From a virus (lineage: Duplodnaviria; Caudoviricetes): DNA of 29,909 nt. Of this stretch, positions 8,583 to 17,608 are shown one piece after another. Location: positions 1 through 29,909 of the IMG/VR virus record IMGVR_UViG_3300017761_004738. One strand, given 5' to 3'. The position numbers were made by a program, and so were the translations under genes. The notes under the pieces were generated by a model. It was not told the DNA's origin. It worked only from the letters and a program-made list of their open reading frames with translations, and did no database searches. Positions within the stretch are counted from its first letter, which is position 1, and each line of letters begins with the position of its first letter.

Positions 8583-10754
8583 ATGGTGTTAAAGCCTCAG
8601 CGGCAAGAGTTGGCTTCGCGCGCTTCGGCTGGTGATCGTGATCGTGATCGGCTGGCGCGTCGGTCGCGTGAGTTGCATGAGGAAGTTAGCGAGCTTGGGG
8701 TTTTGCCTGAGTGTAAGAATCCTGAGCGTAGGGCTAAGGCGCGGGAGTCGCTGCGGTTTTTCTTAACTGAGTATTTTCCTAATTCAACGGGCCTGAGTCC
8801 GTTGTGTGATGATCAGTTAAACGCGATTGATCGCTTAGAGGTTGCGATTCGTGAGGAAGGGTGGACGGCTAACATTTTGCCTCGGGGTTTCATCAAATCG
8901 ACGATGAGCGAAAACGCTATCTTGTGGGCGTTGTTGTTTGGGTTGCGGTCGTACATTCTATTTTTCGGCGGTACGGCTGAGCTTGCTGAAAAGGGCGTCG
9001 GATCAATTCGGCAGGAATTGATTTCTAACGATTTGCTGCGCGAGGATTTTCCTGAGGCGTGCGAGCCGTTTATAGCGTTGCAGGGTAAGGTTGCGCGGTG
9101 TCCCTCGCAAACTTATCAGGGTGTGCTTACTGGTATCCAGTGCAACAAGGATACGCTGCGGCTTGCGCGGATCGATGGCGCAGAGTGCAGCGGCGGGATT
9201 GTTGAGTCTTATGGTTTGCTCGCTCCTCCTCGGGGCGCTCGATTCAAAGACCATTTAGGGCGCAATGTTCGGCCCGATTTCGCGGTTCTGGATGATCCGC
9301 AAACTGACAAGAGCGCGAAAAGTTTGCCTCAGACGGCTGAGCGGTTGGAGTTTATCAGGTCGTCTATTTCGATGATGGGCGGGCATGGCGCTGAATTGTC
9401 AATGGTTTGTAATGCAACGATTATTGCCGATGGGGATTTGGCGGCGCAGATTTCGGACCCGAATAAGTCGCCTGAGTGGCAGGCGGTTCGAGTGCAGATG
9501 GTTAAACGCATGCCTGATCGGCTGGATGATTTATGGTTGGTTGACTATGCGAAGATTCGGCGTAGCTACGATAGAAATGATCCTCGGGGGCGGATTCGCG
9601 CAAAGGAAAAATCAACTGAATTTTATAAGCAGAATTATGAGGCTATGCGGGCGGGCGCTGTAGTCGCCTGGGAGCATATCGGTTTGAGCAAAACGGAAAT
9701 TGATGCGGTTCAACATGCAATCAACATTCTGATTGATAAGGGCGATAGAGCGTTTTGGGCTGAGGCCCAAAATTGTCCTTTGCAGGCTTCGGTTGCAACT
9801 CCGTTGCATTTGGATGCGGATGAGTTGGTTGCGCGTACGAATAACTACGGGTATGGCGTTATTCCCGATGGGCGCGGGAATGTGGTTTTTCATGTGGATG
9901 TGCATGATGAGGTTTTGTACTGGACGGCGGCGGCGGTTGGTCAAGATTTCTCGGGTGATGTAATTGGGTATGGTTCCTGGCCTGAGCAACCTCAGCCTTG
10001 GTTTAATTTGCGTTCGGCTAAGGTGCTGCTGAGCGATTTATATCCTGATTGCGATTCAGATACGGCGATTGAGCGCGGCGTTAAGGATTTACTGAGCCGG
10101 TTGTTGGCGTATGAGTTTTGTTTCTCCAATCGCGTGCGGTTGCCGGTGTCGTGCGGTTTGGTCGATGCTGGTTACAAGTCGCGGCAAGTGGCTAACGCTA
10201 TTCGGGCGCTTGATTGCGGTGATCGCGTTATGACTAGCAAGGGCGTTGGGATCGGGCCTGAGAAAAAGCAGATGCCTGATTACGATATGTCGCCTCAGCG
10301 GGTGTTACGTTGCGGGCCGGTGGTTTCTGAGCCTCGGTGGTACTATCCAATTGAGTACATTTCAGGCGGCGTTTTGCGGGTGCATTTTGATTCCAATTTC
10401 TGGAAAGCGGTTTTGGTTAGTAGGTTGAATCAATCGGCGGCTGATGGCGCTTGGCGGTTGTTTGGTAATCACTTGATTGATCATGGGCATTACGTTTCGC
10501 ATTTGATGGCGGAAAAGCCTCGGCAAAAAACTGCGGACGGAAGAACGGTTAACGTGTTCGAAAAAGGCAATGAGGATAATCACTGGTTCGATACGTTGGT
10601 GGGGTGTGCTGTGGCGGCTTCCATTATGGGTTGTCAGTTGCCTAGCGATGAGGTTGAGCAGATTGAGGAGGTTGCGGTTGAGCAACCGATTGAGCGAGTT
10701 GAGGGCAGTTTAGTGCGGCCTGATGGTAGGCCGTTTTTTGTTTCGGCGCGGTAG
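8583..10754 (+). CDS. terL: terminase large subunit (ATPase plus gpA-type nuclease)
   Basis: PRGFIKST Walker A, VLDDPQ Walker B; nuclease acidic motifs VDVH, VDAGY, NHWFD. Confidence 0.9.
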   Translation: MVLKPQRQELASRASAGDRDRDRLARRSRELHEEVSELGVLPECKNPERRAKARESLRFFLTEYFPNSTGLSPLCDDQLNAIDRLEVAIREEGWTANILPRGFIKSTMSENAILWALLFGLRSYILFFGGTAELAEKGVGSIRQELISNDLLREDFPEACEPFIALQGKVARCPSQTYQGVLTGIQCNKDTLRLARIDGAECSGGIVESYGLLAPPRGARFKDHLGRNVRPDFAVLDDPQTDKSAKSLPQTAERLEFIRSSISMMGGHGAELSMVCNATIIADGDLAAQISDPNKSPEWQAVRVQMVKRMPDRLDDLWLVDYAKIRRSYDRNDPRGRIRAKEKSTEFYKQNYEAMRAGAVVAWEHIGLSKTEIDAVQHAINILIDKGDRAFWAEAQNCPLQASVATPLHLDADELVARTNNYGYGVIPDGRGNVVFHVDVHDEVLYWTAAAVGQDFSGDVIGYGSWPEQPQPWFNLRSAKVLLSDLYPDCDSDTAIERGVKDLLSRLLAYEFCFSNRVRLPVSCGLVDAGYKSRQVANAIRALDCGDRVMTSKGVGIGPEKKQMPDYDMSPQRVLRCGPVVSEPRWYYPIEYISGGVLRVHFDSNFWKAVLVSRLNQSAADGAWRLFGNHLIDHGHYVSHLMAEKPRQKTADGRTVNVFEKGNEDNHWFDTLVGCAVAASIMGCQLPSDEVEQIEEVAVEQPIERVEGSLVRPDGRPFFVSAR

Positions 10755-10776
10755 GTTCTTTTGAGTGGGGTGAAGT

Positions 10777-11334
10777 GTGGCTAATGTTGTTGGCGGTGTG
10801 AAAGTTGGTAAGCCGGTGGTTGGTAAGCCGGTCGTTAAGGCTGGGGCCAAGTCGGTCGTAAGTGCTCAACCAAGTGCTCAACCAAGTGAGCAACCAAGTG
10901 AGCAACCAAGTGAGCAACCAAGTGAGCAACCAAGTGAGCAAGTAGTTGAGCAACCAAGTGAGCAACCAAGTGCTCAACCAAGTGAGCAACCAAGTGAGCA
11001 GGATTTAAGCGATTTGGCTGGGGCGGTTGAGAGCGCTGGGCGCTATGAGATTCCGGTTGCCTGGGTGTCGGTTCGCATTCCGGTTGGTGATCTTCCGGCT
11101 GGGTATGAGCAGCAATTGGCGGCTCGGGGTGCGGTTAATATCACTGGGACGCATTTGCAGTTGCAGGTTAAGCCTGAGTTAGCTGGTTTACTGTTGCGTG
11201 TTCGGCAAGCGCTGCGCGATTTGAATGAGTCGATTGATGAGAGCGGTAAGCCGGTGGTTAGCAATGCTGATGTGATTCGGTGGTTGCTGTTGCAGGTTGC
11301 GGCGGGTTTGGAAGTAGAGCCGGCGCGGGGTTAG
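10777..11334 (+). CDS. hypothetical protein with (QPSE)n tandem repeat
   Basis: open 185 aa ORF directly after terL; genome-typical codons outside the repeat. Confidence 0.7.
   Translation: MANVVGGVKVGKPVVGKPVVKAGAKSVVSAQPSAQPSEQPSEQPSEQPSEQPSEQVVEQPSEQPSAQPSEQPSEQDLSDLAGAVESAGRYEIPVAWVSVRIPVGDLPAGYEQQLAARGAVNITGTHLQLQVKPELAGLLLRVRQALRDLNESIDESGKPVVSNADVIRWLLLQVAAGLEVEPARG
10861..11000 (+). repeat. 12-bp tandem repeat AGTG(AG/CT)CAACCA, about 11.5 units
   Basis: ten perfect ACCAAGT cores at 12-bp spacing from 10869 to 10989; one degenerate unit at 10941. Confidence 0.95.
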
Positions 11335-11369
11335 TTCTCGGGTGTGATTTCAGATTTGAGAGGTATGGT

Positions 11370-11738
11370 TTGAGTGAGTTGTTGTTGCGTGAGTTGTTGC
11401 CGGTCAAGTTAACGAACGGCAACGATGGGCGCGGTTCGCGATGGTTCAAGGCGGATAAGCGGCGCAAGGCAATTGTTAAGCAGTTGGCAGGCTTAAAGCG
11501 TGAGCCGTTTAGTGATCCGGTGCGGGTGGTACTCACTCGGGTACTTGGTAAGGGCGAGCGGCTGTGGGATGCGGATAGCGTCGGGCGAGGGAATGCAAAA
11601 GAGTTAATTGATTCACTGGTTGAGCTTGGCTGGTGGGTCGATGATGGGCCGAAGTTTATTCGGGAGTGCGATTATCGGCAAGATGCAAATAGGCGCGATG
11701 ATGGGTCTGCGGTGTTGGTTGAGGTGTTTAGCTGTTGA
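11370..11738 (+). CDS. RusA-like Holliday junction resolvase/endonuclease
   Basis: V.V.LTR......WDADS....K.LIDSLV..G...DD acidic pattern; GAGAGG SD before TTG. Confidence 0.75.
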   Translation: MSELLLRELLPVKLTNGNDGRGSRWFKADKRRKAIVKQLAGLKREPFSDPVRVVLTRVLGKGERLWDADSVGRGNAKELIDSLVELGWWVDDGPKFIRECDYRQDANRRDDGSAVLVEVFSC

Positions 11739-11748
11739 TTGGTTATTG

Positions 11749-11880
11749 ATGCGCGCTTGGTTTGTGTTGTTTGTTCAGCGTTCAAGTTTTTGCAAGTTGG
11801 CGCTAATTGGTTTCGCGATGCATATCCTAGCTTTTGAGCTAGGGCGATTGCTCGGATTTGCGTTGATGCGATGTTGGTAA
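11749..11880 (+). CDS. possible small hydrophobic protein (43 aa)
   Basis: fills the gap between two genes; 3' part of ORF 11608..11880. Confidence 0.3.
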   Translation: MRAWFVLFVQRSSFCKLALIGFAMHILAFELGRLLGFALMRCW

Positions 11881-11890
11881 AGGGGGCGTG

Positions 11891-12925
11891 ATGGTTAAGG
11901 CTGCGGTTGATAGTAAGCAGGTTGAGAAAAAACCCAGTAGGCCGAAAACGGCTATGAGGGTTGAGGCTGAGCGGTTGTGTCGTGATATGCCTGAGGCTAC
12001 AAGTTCGAGTTTGGCTAAGCGGCTGGCGAGTGAGTTCAAGTGTAAGGTTGAGGTTGCGCGTTCGGCGGTGCGTGAGATTCGCGGGCAAAATGGGGATGCA
12101 AAGCGGGCTAAGGCAACGCAACCTAAGGCTGAGGGATCGCGAGCGCCTAAGATGCCACCTAGCGCGGCTGAAAAGTGGTCGCCATTTGAGTTGCAGGGCG
12201 CTAGGCGGGTGCTTGTGTTGTCAGATACTCACATTCCCTACCATGATGAGCAAGCGCTAGAGGCGGCGGTTGCTTGGGGTAAAAAGCAGTCGCCTGATGT
12301 GGTGTTGCTCAATGGTGACGTTGGGGATTTTTACACTATTTCGCGGTGGCAGAAAAACCCTAAGAAGCGTGATTTTAAGGCTGAGTTAGCTGCGGTGCGG
12401 CAATTCTCAGAATGGTTGCGGTTCGAGTTTCCTAAGTCGCGGATCGTTTGGAAAAAAGGCAACCATGATGAAAGATGGGATCATTGGCTGTGGAATCATG
12501 CGCCTGAGATTTCTGATTGCGATGAGATGCTATTGGAAACCTGGATGCAATGCGACAAGTGGCGCATTGAAATGGTGGGCGAGCAGCGGCCCGTTATGTG
12601 CGGACTGTTGCCGGTGTTTCATGGGCATGAGTTAGGGCGCAGCGGTATAGCCTCGCCGGTTAATCCGGCGCGGGGTGCGTTTTTGCGGACTCATCATACG
12701 GTGATGGTTGGGCATAGCCACCAAACCTCGGGGCATGCTGATACTAACCTTTGGCATGAGGAAACCTTTGTTTGGTCAACGGGTTGCCTGTGCGATTTAA
12801 CGCCTGAGTATGCGCGGGTGAATCGGTGGAATCATGGATTCGCTAAGGTTGATATTGCGGTTGATGGTTCGTTTGATGTGAGCAATCTGCGGATCGGGCG
12901 CAAGGGTGAAGTTCGTTCGGCTTAG
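11891..12925 (+). CDS. calcineurin-like metallophosphoesterase with N-terminal helical extension
   Basis: SDTH, GDVGD, GNHD, HGHE and GHSH motifs. Confidence 0.92.
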   Translation: MVKAAVDSKQVEKKPSRPKTAMRVEAERLCRDMPEATSSSLAKRLASEFKCKVEVARSAVREIRGQNGDAKRAKATQPKAEGSRAPKMPPSAAEKWSPFELQGARRVLVLSDTHIPYHDEQALEAAVAWGKKQSPDVVLLNGDVGDFYTISRWQKNPKKRDFKAELAAVRQFSEWLRFEFPKSRIVWKKGNHDERWDHWLWNHAPEISDCDEMLLETWMQCDKWRIEMVGEQRPVMCGLLPVFHGHELGRSGIASPVNPARGAFLRTHHTVMVGHSHQTSGHADTNLWHEETFVWSTGCLCDLTPEYARVNRWNHGFAKVDIAVDGSFDVSNLRIGRKGEVRSA

Positions 12926-12963
12926 GGTTTAAGATTTCAGGTTTGAAATTTGAGAGTTAGCGC

Positions 12964-13230
12964 ATGCGGGTAACGGTTTGCGGTAAGCGATGGAATTTGA
13001 AATTCGTTGCGCTCAAGGTTAATCGCGGGGATTGCTCGCCCCCTGAGAGCGCTCGCAAGGTTATTCGCGTGCATGCTGGTTTGCGCGGTGAGGAGCGGCT
13101 AGAGGTTCTGTTGCATGAATTGCTTCACGCCTCACATTGGATTGTTGATGAGGAGCATGTTAGGCGGTCGGCTGTTGATATTGCGCGGGTATTGTGGCGT
13201 GTTGGGTATCGGTTGGGTGATGAGCGTTAA
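12964..13230 (+). CDS. small HExxH zincin-like protein (ImmA/IrrE-like)
   Basis: G.C......I.V.......EVLLHELLHA. Confidence 0.75.
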   Translation: MRVTVCGKRWNLKFVALKVNRGDCSPPESARKVIRVHAGLRGEERLEVLLHELLHASHWIVDEEHVRRSAVDIARVLWRVGYRLGDER

Positions 13231-13253
13231 TTGCCTCGGGTTATTTCGTTCGC

Positions 13254-13308
13254 GTTTTGCTATATCTAGCAACGCGGGCGTTTGGCTGGTTGTGCGCTCG
13301 GTTATCTT
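13254..13308 (+). promoter_or_regulatory. candidate late promoter 2: dyad TTGCTA-TATC-TAGCAA, TTGGCT, TATCTT
   Basis: 19-bp identity to 4310-4328; TAnnnT 30 nt downstream; 7 nt before the ATG of the first head gene. Confidence 0.6.
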
Positions 13309-13315
13309 TTGACGC

Positions 13316-13600
13316 ATGGCAGTACTTGATGAGTTAGTTCAGACGGCTTGCGATAATCTTGATTACGACTTGGAAAATTCTGTTGCCAAGTGTAAGGCGT
13401 GTGTTGCTGCGCTTCGCAAGATTAAGTTGATGCGGCCCAAAAGTGTTTCAGTTGGCGCGAATCCTGTGTCCTTCGATGAATTGGCGAGCCTGTTAGAACG
13501 TGCTGAAAATTGGTTGGCTGCAAATTGGTCGGCAACCGGCGGAAGTTCTACGGGCTCGCCATCTTCGAATTACTACGATTTGAGCAATTTGCGGCGGTAG
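13316..13600 (+). CDS. head completion protein (gpW-like position)
   Basis: small helical protein directly before a lambda-type portal. Confidence 0.6.
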   Translation: MAVLDELVQTACDNLDYDLENSVAKCKACVAALRKIKLMRPKSVSVGANPVSFDELASLLERAENWLAANWSATGGSSTGSPSSNYYDLSNLRR

Positions 13601-13604
13601 GTGA

Positions 13605-15152
13605 ATGGCGCTACAGTCTAAAAAATTAACCGATGCAATGCGGGACTTACAAGGCGAGTTTCGCGCTGATTATCGCGCGGGCAAAACTTCGCGGTTTGTG
13701 CCTCGGTTGGTTGGTGTTGATCCGGCTGGGAGCGGCGCGGACTATCACTATCGAAGTGAGCGCGAGTTTTTGCATGTGATCGAGCGTTCGCGTGATTACG
13801 AACGTAACGATTGCATTGTACGCAGCGGGCTTGATCGGCTTACGGCTAATGTTTTGCAAGAGGGATTTAATCCCGATCCTAAGACTGGGAATAAAGAGCT
13901 TGATTCGCGGCTAAAGGATAAATGGAATCGATATGCTGGTGATCCTGATGAGGTTCACAGTGAGGGCGAGTTTGATTGGTATCAATTAGAGCGGTTGGCG
14001 TTTCGGTCGATTATTCGCGATGGGGATTGCTTCGTACTACCGCTAAAGAATGGGCGGATTCAGTTTGTTGAGGCCCATCGGCCTCGGACGCCTAGCGCTA
14101 CTTCGTTGCGGGTTGTGCATGGTTTGTTGCTGGATGAGAACGCGCGGCGCGAGGAATTGTGGGTTACGCGCGAGGATGTGGGAATTAATCCAGTGCGGTT
14201 GGTTCGGGATATTAAAAAATATCCGATTCGCGATGCTGAGGGTAATCGGCAAGTCTTGCATTTGTATTTTCCGCGCCGGCTATCGCAGCGGCGCGGAGTG
14301 GGTGCGATGGTTCCGGTGTCGGATACTGTCGGGCAACATGATGATTTGCAGTTTACTACGCTGGTTAAAGCGCAGATGGCTGCGGTGTTGGTGATGGTTG
14401 AGGAGTTGGCGCAGTCGCAAAAGAGCGTGCGCGGGCCTGGGTTGGGTGCGCCAACAACGGGGAATGATGCGGCGGCGGTGAGTAGCGTTTCGGCTATTCC
14501 TGAGGTCGGGGCGGGGTTGCATTTCAAAACGCCAAACAAGTTGACTGGGTTTGCGCCTAACATTCCAAACCCTGAATTTTTCCCGCATGCGATGTTGTTG
14601 CTAACATTCATCGCCATCAACCTTGATTTGCCGGTTCAAGTTCTGTTGCTTGATCCTCAGCGGGCAAGTTTTTCAAGTTGGCGAGCGGCTATTGATCAGG
14701 CGCGGGTACGGTTCCGCGAAATGCAAAAGGATTTGTGTAGTCAGTTGCATGAGCCGATTTGGAAATGGAAGGTACGCCAATGGCTAGAGTCGGATGTTTC
14801 GCTATCGCAGTATTTGGTTGCCGGTGTTGATCCGTTCAAGTGCAGTTGGAAGCGGCCCAGCTGGGCGTACATTGATCCGTTGAAAGATGCTCAGGCGGAT
14901 GCGTTGCAGGCGGAAAAATTCCTTGCGTCGATGCGCGGGATTTATGGCAAGCGCGGGGCGGATTGGGATGAGGTCGCGGTTGAGATTGTTCAGGATAAGG
15001 GGCTTTTGATTCGCGAGGCGTTGAGGGAAGCGGCGGTAATCAATTCGGAGTTCCCTGAAGCGAAATTGACTTGGCGCGAGTTGCTGGGGCCTGGGTTAAC
15101 AATCCCATTGCAACCGTTCAATGTGCAGGCTGATCAGGCGGCAATTAATTAA
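13605..15152 (+). CDS. portal protein, lambda family
   Basis: RSRD..RND, RDGDCF, VLHLY..R..QRRG, ASFSS.R, W.YIDPLKDA.A motifs. Confidence 0.93.
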   Translation: MALQSKKLTDAMRDLQGEFRADYRAGKTSRFVPRLVGVDPAGSGADYHYRSEREFLHVIERSRDYERNDCIVRSGLDRLTANVLQEGFNPDPKTGNKELDSRLKDKWNRYAGDPDEVHSEGEFDWYQLERLAFRSIIRDGDCFVLPLKNGRIQFVEAHRPRTPSATSLRVVHGLLLDENARREELWVTREDVGINPVRLVRDIKKYPIRDAEGNRQVLHLYFPRRLSQRRGVGAMVPVSDTVGQHDDLQFTTLVKAQMAAVLVMVEELAQSQKSVRGPGLGAPTTGNDAAAVSSVSAIPEVGAGLHFKTPNKLTGFAPNIPNPEFFPHAMLLLTFIAINLDLPVQVLLLDPQRASFSSWRAAIDQARVRFREMQKDLCSQLHEPIWKWKVRQWLESDVSLSQYLVAGVDPFKCSWKRPSWAYIDPLKDAQADALQAEKFLASMRGIYGKRGADWDEVAVEIVQDKGLLIREALREAAVINSEFPEAKLTWRELLGPGLTIPLQPFNVQADQAAIN

Positions 15153-15273
15153 CGAAATTCTTTAATGATGGCGCGGCGCGGTGAGTGAAACGGCATAGAA
15201 GGTTTAACACTGCAAACTAAAGGGCGCGGGCCTCTACTATGCAGGGGATTCCGCAAATTTGAAAGGCTTGTAA

Positions 15274-15663
15274 ATGGATTGGGTTGGTGAGTTGGTTTTA
15301 TTCTCGGTTGCGGTTGTGCTGTTTGTGGCTTGGGTTTGGGCGGCTCGCAAGGTTGATGATCTTGAAAGTGATTTGGCTTGGGCTGAGTCTCGCAATGGAA
15401 AGTTTGATAGAGAGTTCGGCGCGTTGCGTGATCGCAATCGCGAGCTTGCCTATGAGGTCTGTGCGATGCAAGAGCGGCTTGATCAGGCTTCGGTTTTGGT
15501 GGGAAAAATGGTTCCGGTCGTTACTGATGTGGAAAAGGGTAAGGCTAAGTTGACTGAGGCGGAAGTTGATGAGGCGTACGCTTATGCGAATCAGTTGGGC
15601 TGTCAGCGTGAGGATGAGCCTAAGTGGTATGGCAAAATGTGTAGTGAGATTAGCAAGGGTTAG
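15274..15663 (+). CDS. TM-anchored coiled-coil hypothetical protein inserted between portal and protease
   Basis: GAAAGG SD; N-terminal TM helix followed by heptad-like region. Confidence 0.7.
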   Translation: MDWVGELVLFSVAVVLFVAWVWAARKVDDLESDLAWAESRNGKFDREFGALRDRNRELAYEVCAMQERLDQASVLVGKMVPVVTDVEKGKAKLTEAEVDEAYAYANQLGCQREDEPKWYGKMCSEISKG

Positions 15664-15713
15664 TAATCGCGATACTGTTGAAGTTTGAAAAGTTGAATTG
15701 ATTGAGGGTTGAT

Positions 15714-17108
15714 ATGCAGGTTAAAAGTTTAGCGTTGAATCCGTTGGCTTATTCAATGCCTCATTTCGATCAATGGTTAGGGGTTTGGGCGATTGAGCCT
15801 AGCGCGATTGAGGGGATGATTGCGTTGGTGATGGGCGCGGACTGGGGCGCGCACATGGCGGTTTGGGATGCGGCTGAGGCGAAGGCTAAAGCGGCGGCGG
15901 CTGATTCTAGCGGGGCAGGGTTCAAGGGGTATTACCGCAATGATTCTGATGGGGTGGCGGTTCTATCATTGAATGGGACGTTACAGAAACAACGGGCCTC
16001 AATGAGCGCGGCGACTTCGACGGTGATAGCGCGGCAGGAATTGAGGGCGGCGGTTAAAGATGCTGCGGTTGGCGCAATTCTCTTGGCGATTGATTCGCCT
16101 GGGGGTACTTCGGCGGGGACGGCTGAGTTAGCGGCTGAGGTTGCGGCGGCTCGGGCTGTTAAGCCGGTGTTTACGCATTTTACTGATCTTGGGGCGAGCG
16201 CGGCTTACTGGATTGGATCGCAGGCGGGTAAGGCTGTTGCGAATGAGGCGGCGCTAGTGGGTTCAATTGGGACTTATGCGGTTGTTTCTGATTACTCGGC
16301 ATTGGCGGCAAAAGAGGGCGTTAAGGTGCATGTGGTTCGGGCTGGGGAGTACAAGGGTACTGGTGTTCCTGGGACCGAAGTTACAGCGGCGCAATTGGCT
16401 GAAATGCAATCCATAGTTGATAGTCGAAATGCGATGTTTTTGGATGGGGTGGCGTCGGGCCGGTCGATGGCGATGGAACGGGTTAAGGCGTTGGCGGATG
16501 GTCGGGTACATGCGGCTAAGGATGCTGTGGGCCTGGGGTTGATTGATGCGGTTGGTTCGTTTGATTCGGTGTTCGCTGAGGCGGCTACGGCTGCTAAGCG
16601 TTTTTTGAATGGTGGTAGCGTTGCCGGTAAGGCGAAGGGGTCGAGGATGAGTGAAGGTGTGGTAACGGCGAGCGCGATTCGCGCGGCGTGTCCTGGTGCG
16701 TCGGATTCGTTCGTTTTGAATGCTCTTGAAAAGGGGTACTCAATCGATCAGGCGATGAGTGGCTATATGGGTTCGCTGGTTGAGGCGAGCAAGCAGATGA
16801 GCGCGGATTTGGTTGACGCTAAGGCGTCGGTCGAAAAGCTGTCGGCTGAGTTGGTGACGGTCAAAAGCGAGCTTGAGGCGGCTAAGTCTGCGGCTAAGGT
16901 CAATGGCGCAGTGGTCAAGGGTAAGGCGGCTGTTGGTGTTGATGCGTTGGCTGATGAGGGCAAGGGCGGCGGTAGTGGCGTGAGCTATCAGGATGTGGTT
17001 GCTGAGCAGATGAAAGCGGGCAAGAGTCGCGGCGAGGCGATGAAGTTTGTGAATCGGCATTACCCTGAGTTGCGCGCTGAGTTTGTGAGCGCGGCGAACG
17101 GTCGCTAG
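15714..17108 (+). CDS. prohead protease, S49/SppA family (lambda gpC-like) with C-terminal scaffold
   Basis: IDSPGG, ASAAYW, VGSIG, AGEYK, GLIDAV motifs; coiled-coil C-terminus. Confidence 0.93.
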   Translation: MQVKSLALNPLAYSMPHFDQWLGVWAIEPSAIEGMIALVMGADWGAHMAVWDAAEAKAKAAAADSSGAGFKGYYRNDSDGVAVLSLNGTLQKQRASMSAATSTVIARQELRAAVKDAAVGAILLAIDSPGGTSAGTAELAAEVAAARAVKPVFTHFTDLGASAAYWIGSQAGKAVANEAALVGSIGTYAVVSDYSALAAKEGVKVHVVRAGEYKGTGVPGTEVTAAQLAEMQSIVDSRNAMFLDGVASGRSMAMERVKALADGRVHAAKDAVGLGLIDAVGSFDSVFAEAATAAKRFLNGGSVAGKAKGSRMSEGVVTASAIRAACPGASDSFVLNALEKGYSIDQAMSGYMGSLVEASKQMSADLVDAKASVEKLSAELVTVKSELEAAKSAAKVNGAVVKGKAAVGVDALADEGKGGGSGVSYQDVVAEQMKAGKSRGEAMKFVNRHYPELRAEFVSAANGR

Positions 17109-17170
17109 TTCGCGGGTTGGTTGTGTGGTTCGTTAGAGGGTTAGCAAGAGATTTTATAAGGGGTCTGATT

Positions 17171-17539
17171 TTGATCGATGGGAATTACAAGGCGTTTAAG
17201 ATTGGCGCGACGGCTATCCCGAACGGGGCGCGGGTCAAGCTGGCGAGTGGGCTGTTGGTGGTCGCTGTGGCTACTGATAAGGAGTTGGGTACGCTGGTGG
17301 GTAATGGCGACATTGGGGCGCATGGGACGGTTAAGTTGCGTACGGCTTCCGGTACTCACACGATGATTGCTAACGGTGCGCTCGCTGTCGGTGCGACGGG
17401 TTTTACGGCGGCGGCTGGAAAGATTGGCGCAACCTCAACGGGTGCGTTTCAGGCGGTTACGGTGCTTGAGGCTTCCTCGGCGGATGGTGATCTGATTGAG
17501 GTTTTGTATAACGCGCATGGCGATACTGCGGCAAGCTAG
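17171..17539 (+). CDS. capsid decoration/cement protein (DUF2190-like)
   Basis: small Ala/Gly/Thr-rich protein ending ALEA-like VLEAS.ADGDLIEV; between protease and capsid genes. Confidence 0.75.
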   Translation: MIDGNYKAFKIGATAIPNGARVKLASGLLVVAVATDKELGTLVGNGDIGAHGTVKLRTASGTHTMIANGALAVGATGFTAAAGKIGATSTGAFQAVTVLEASSADGDLIEVLYNAHGDTAAS

Positions 17540-17608
17540 TGTGAGTTAGTGCGGGTTTGTCGGTTTGTGATTTGGGATTTGAAAAACTGTTTTTTGTGAG
17601 GTGAGATT

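Noticed and set aside
10861-11000. CRISPR array
   Set aside because: Contiguous 12-bp tandem units without spacers, in frame in an ORF; no cas genes
15170-15260. tRNA-Cys (GGCGCG start, CTGCAAA loop-like heptamer)
   Set aside because: No pairing anticodon stem, no GTTCRA T-arm, no matching acceptor stem
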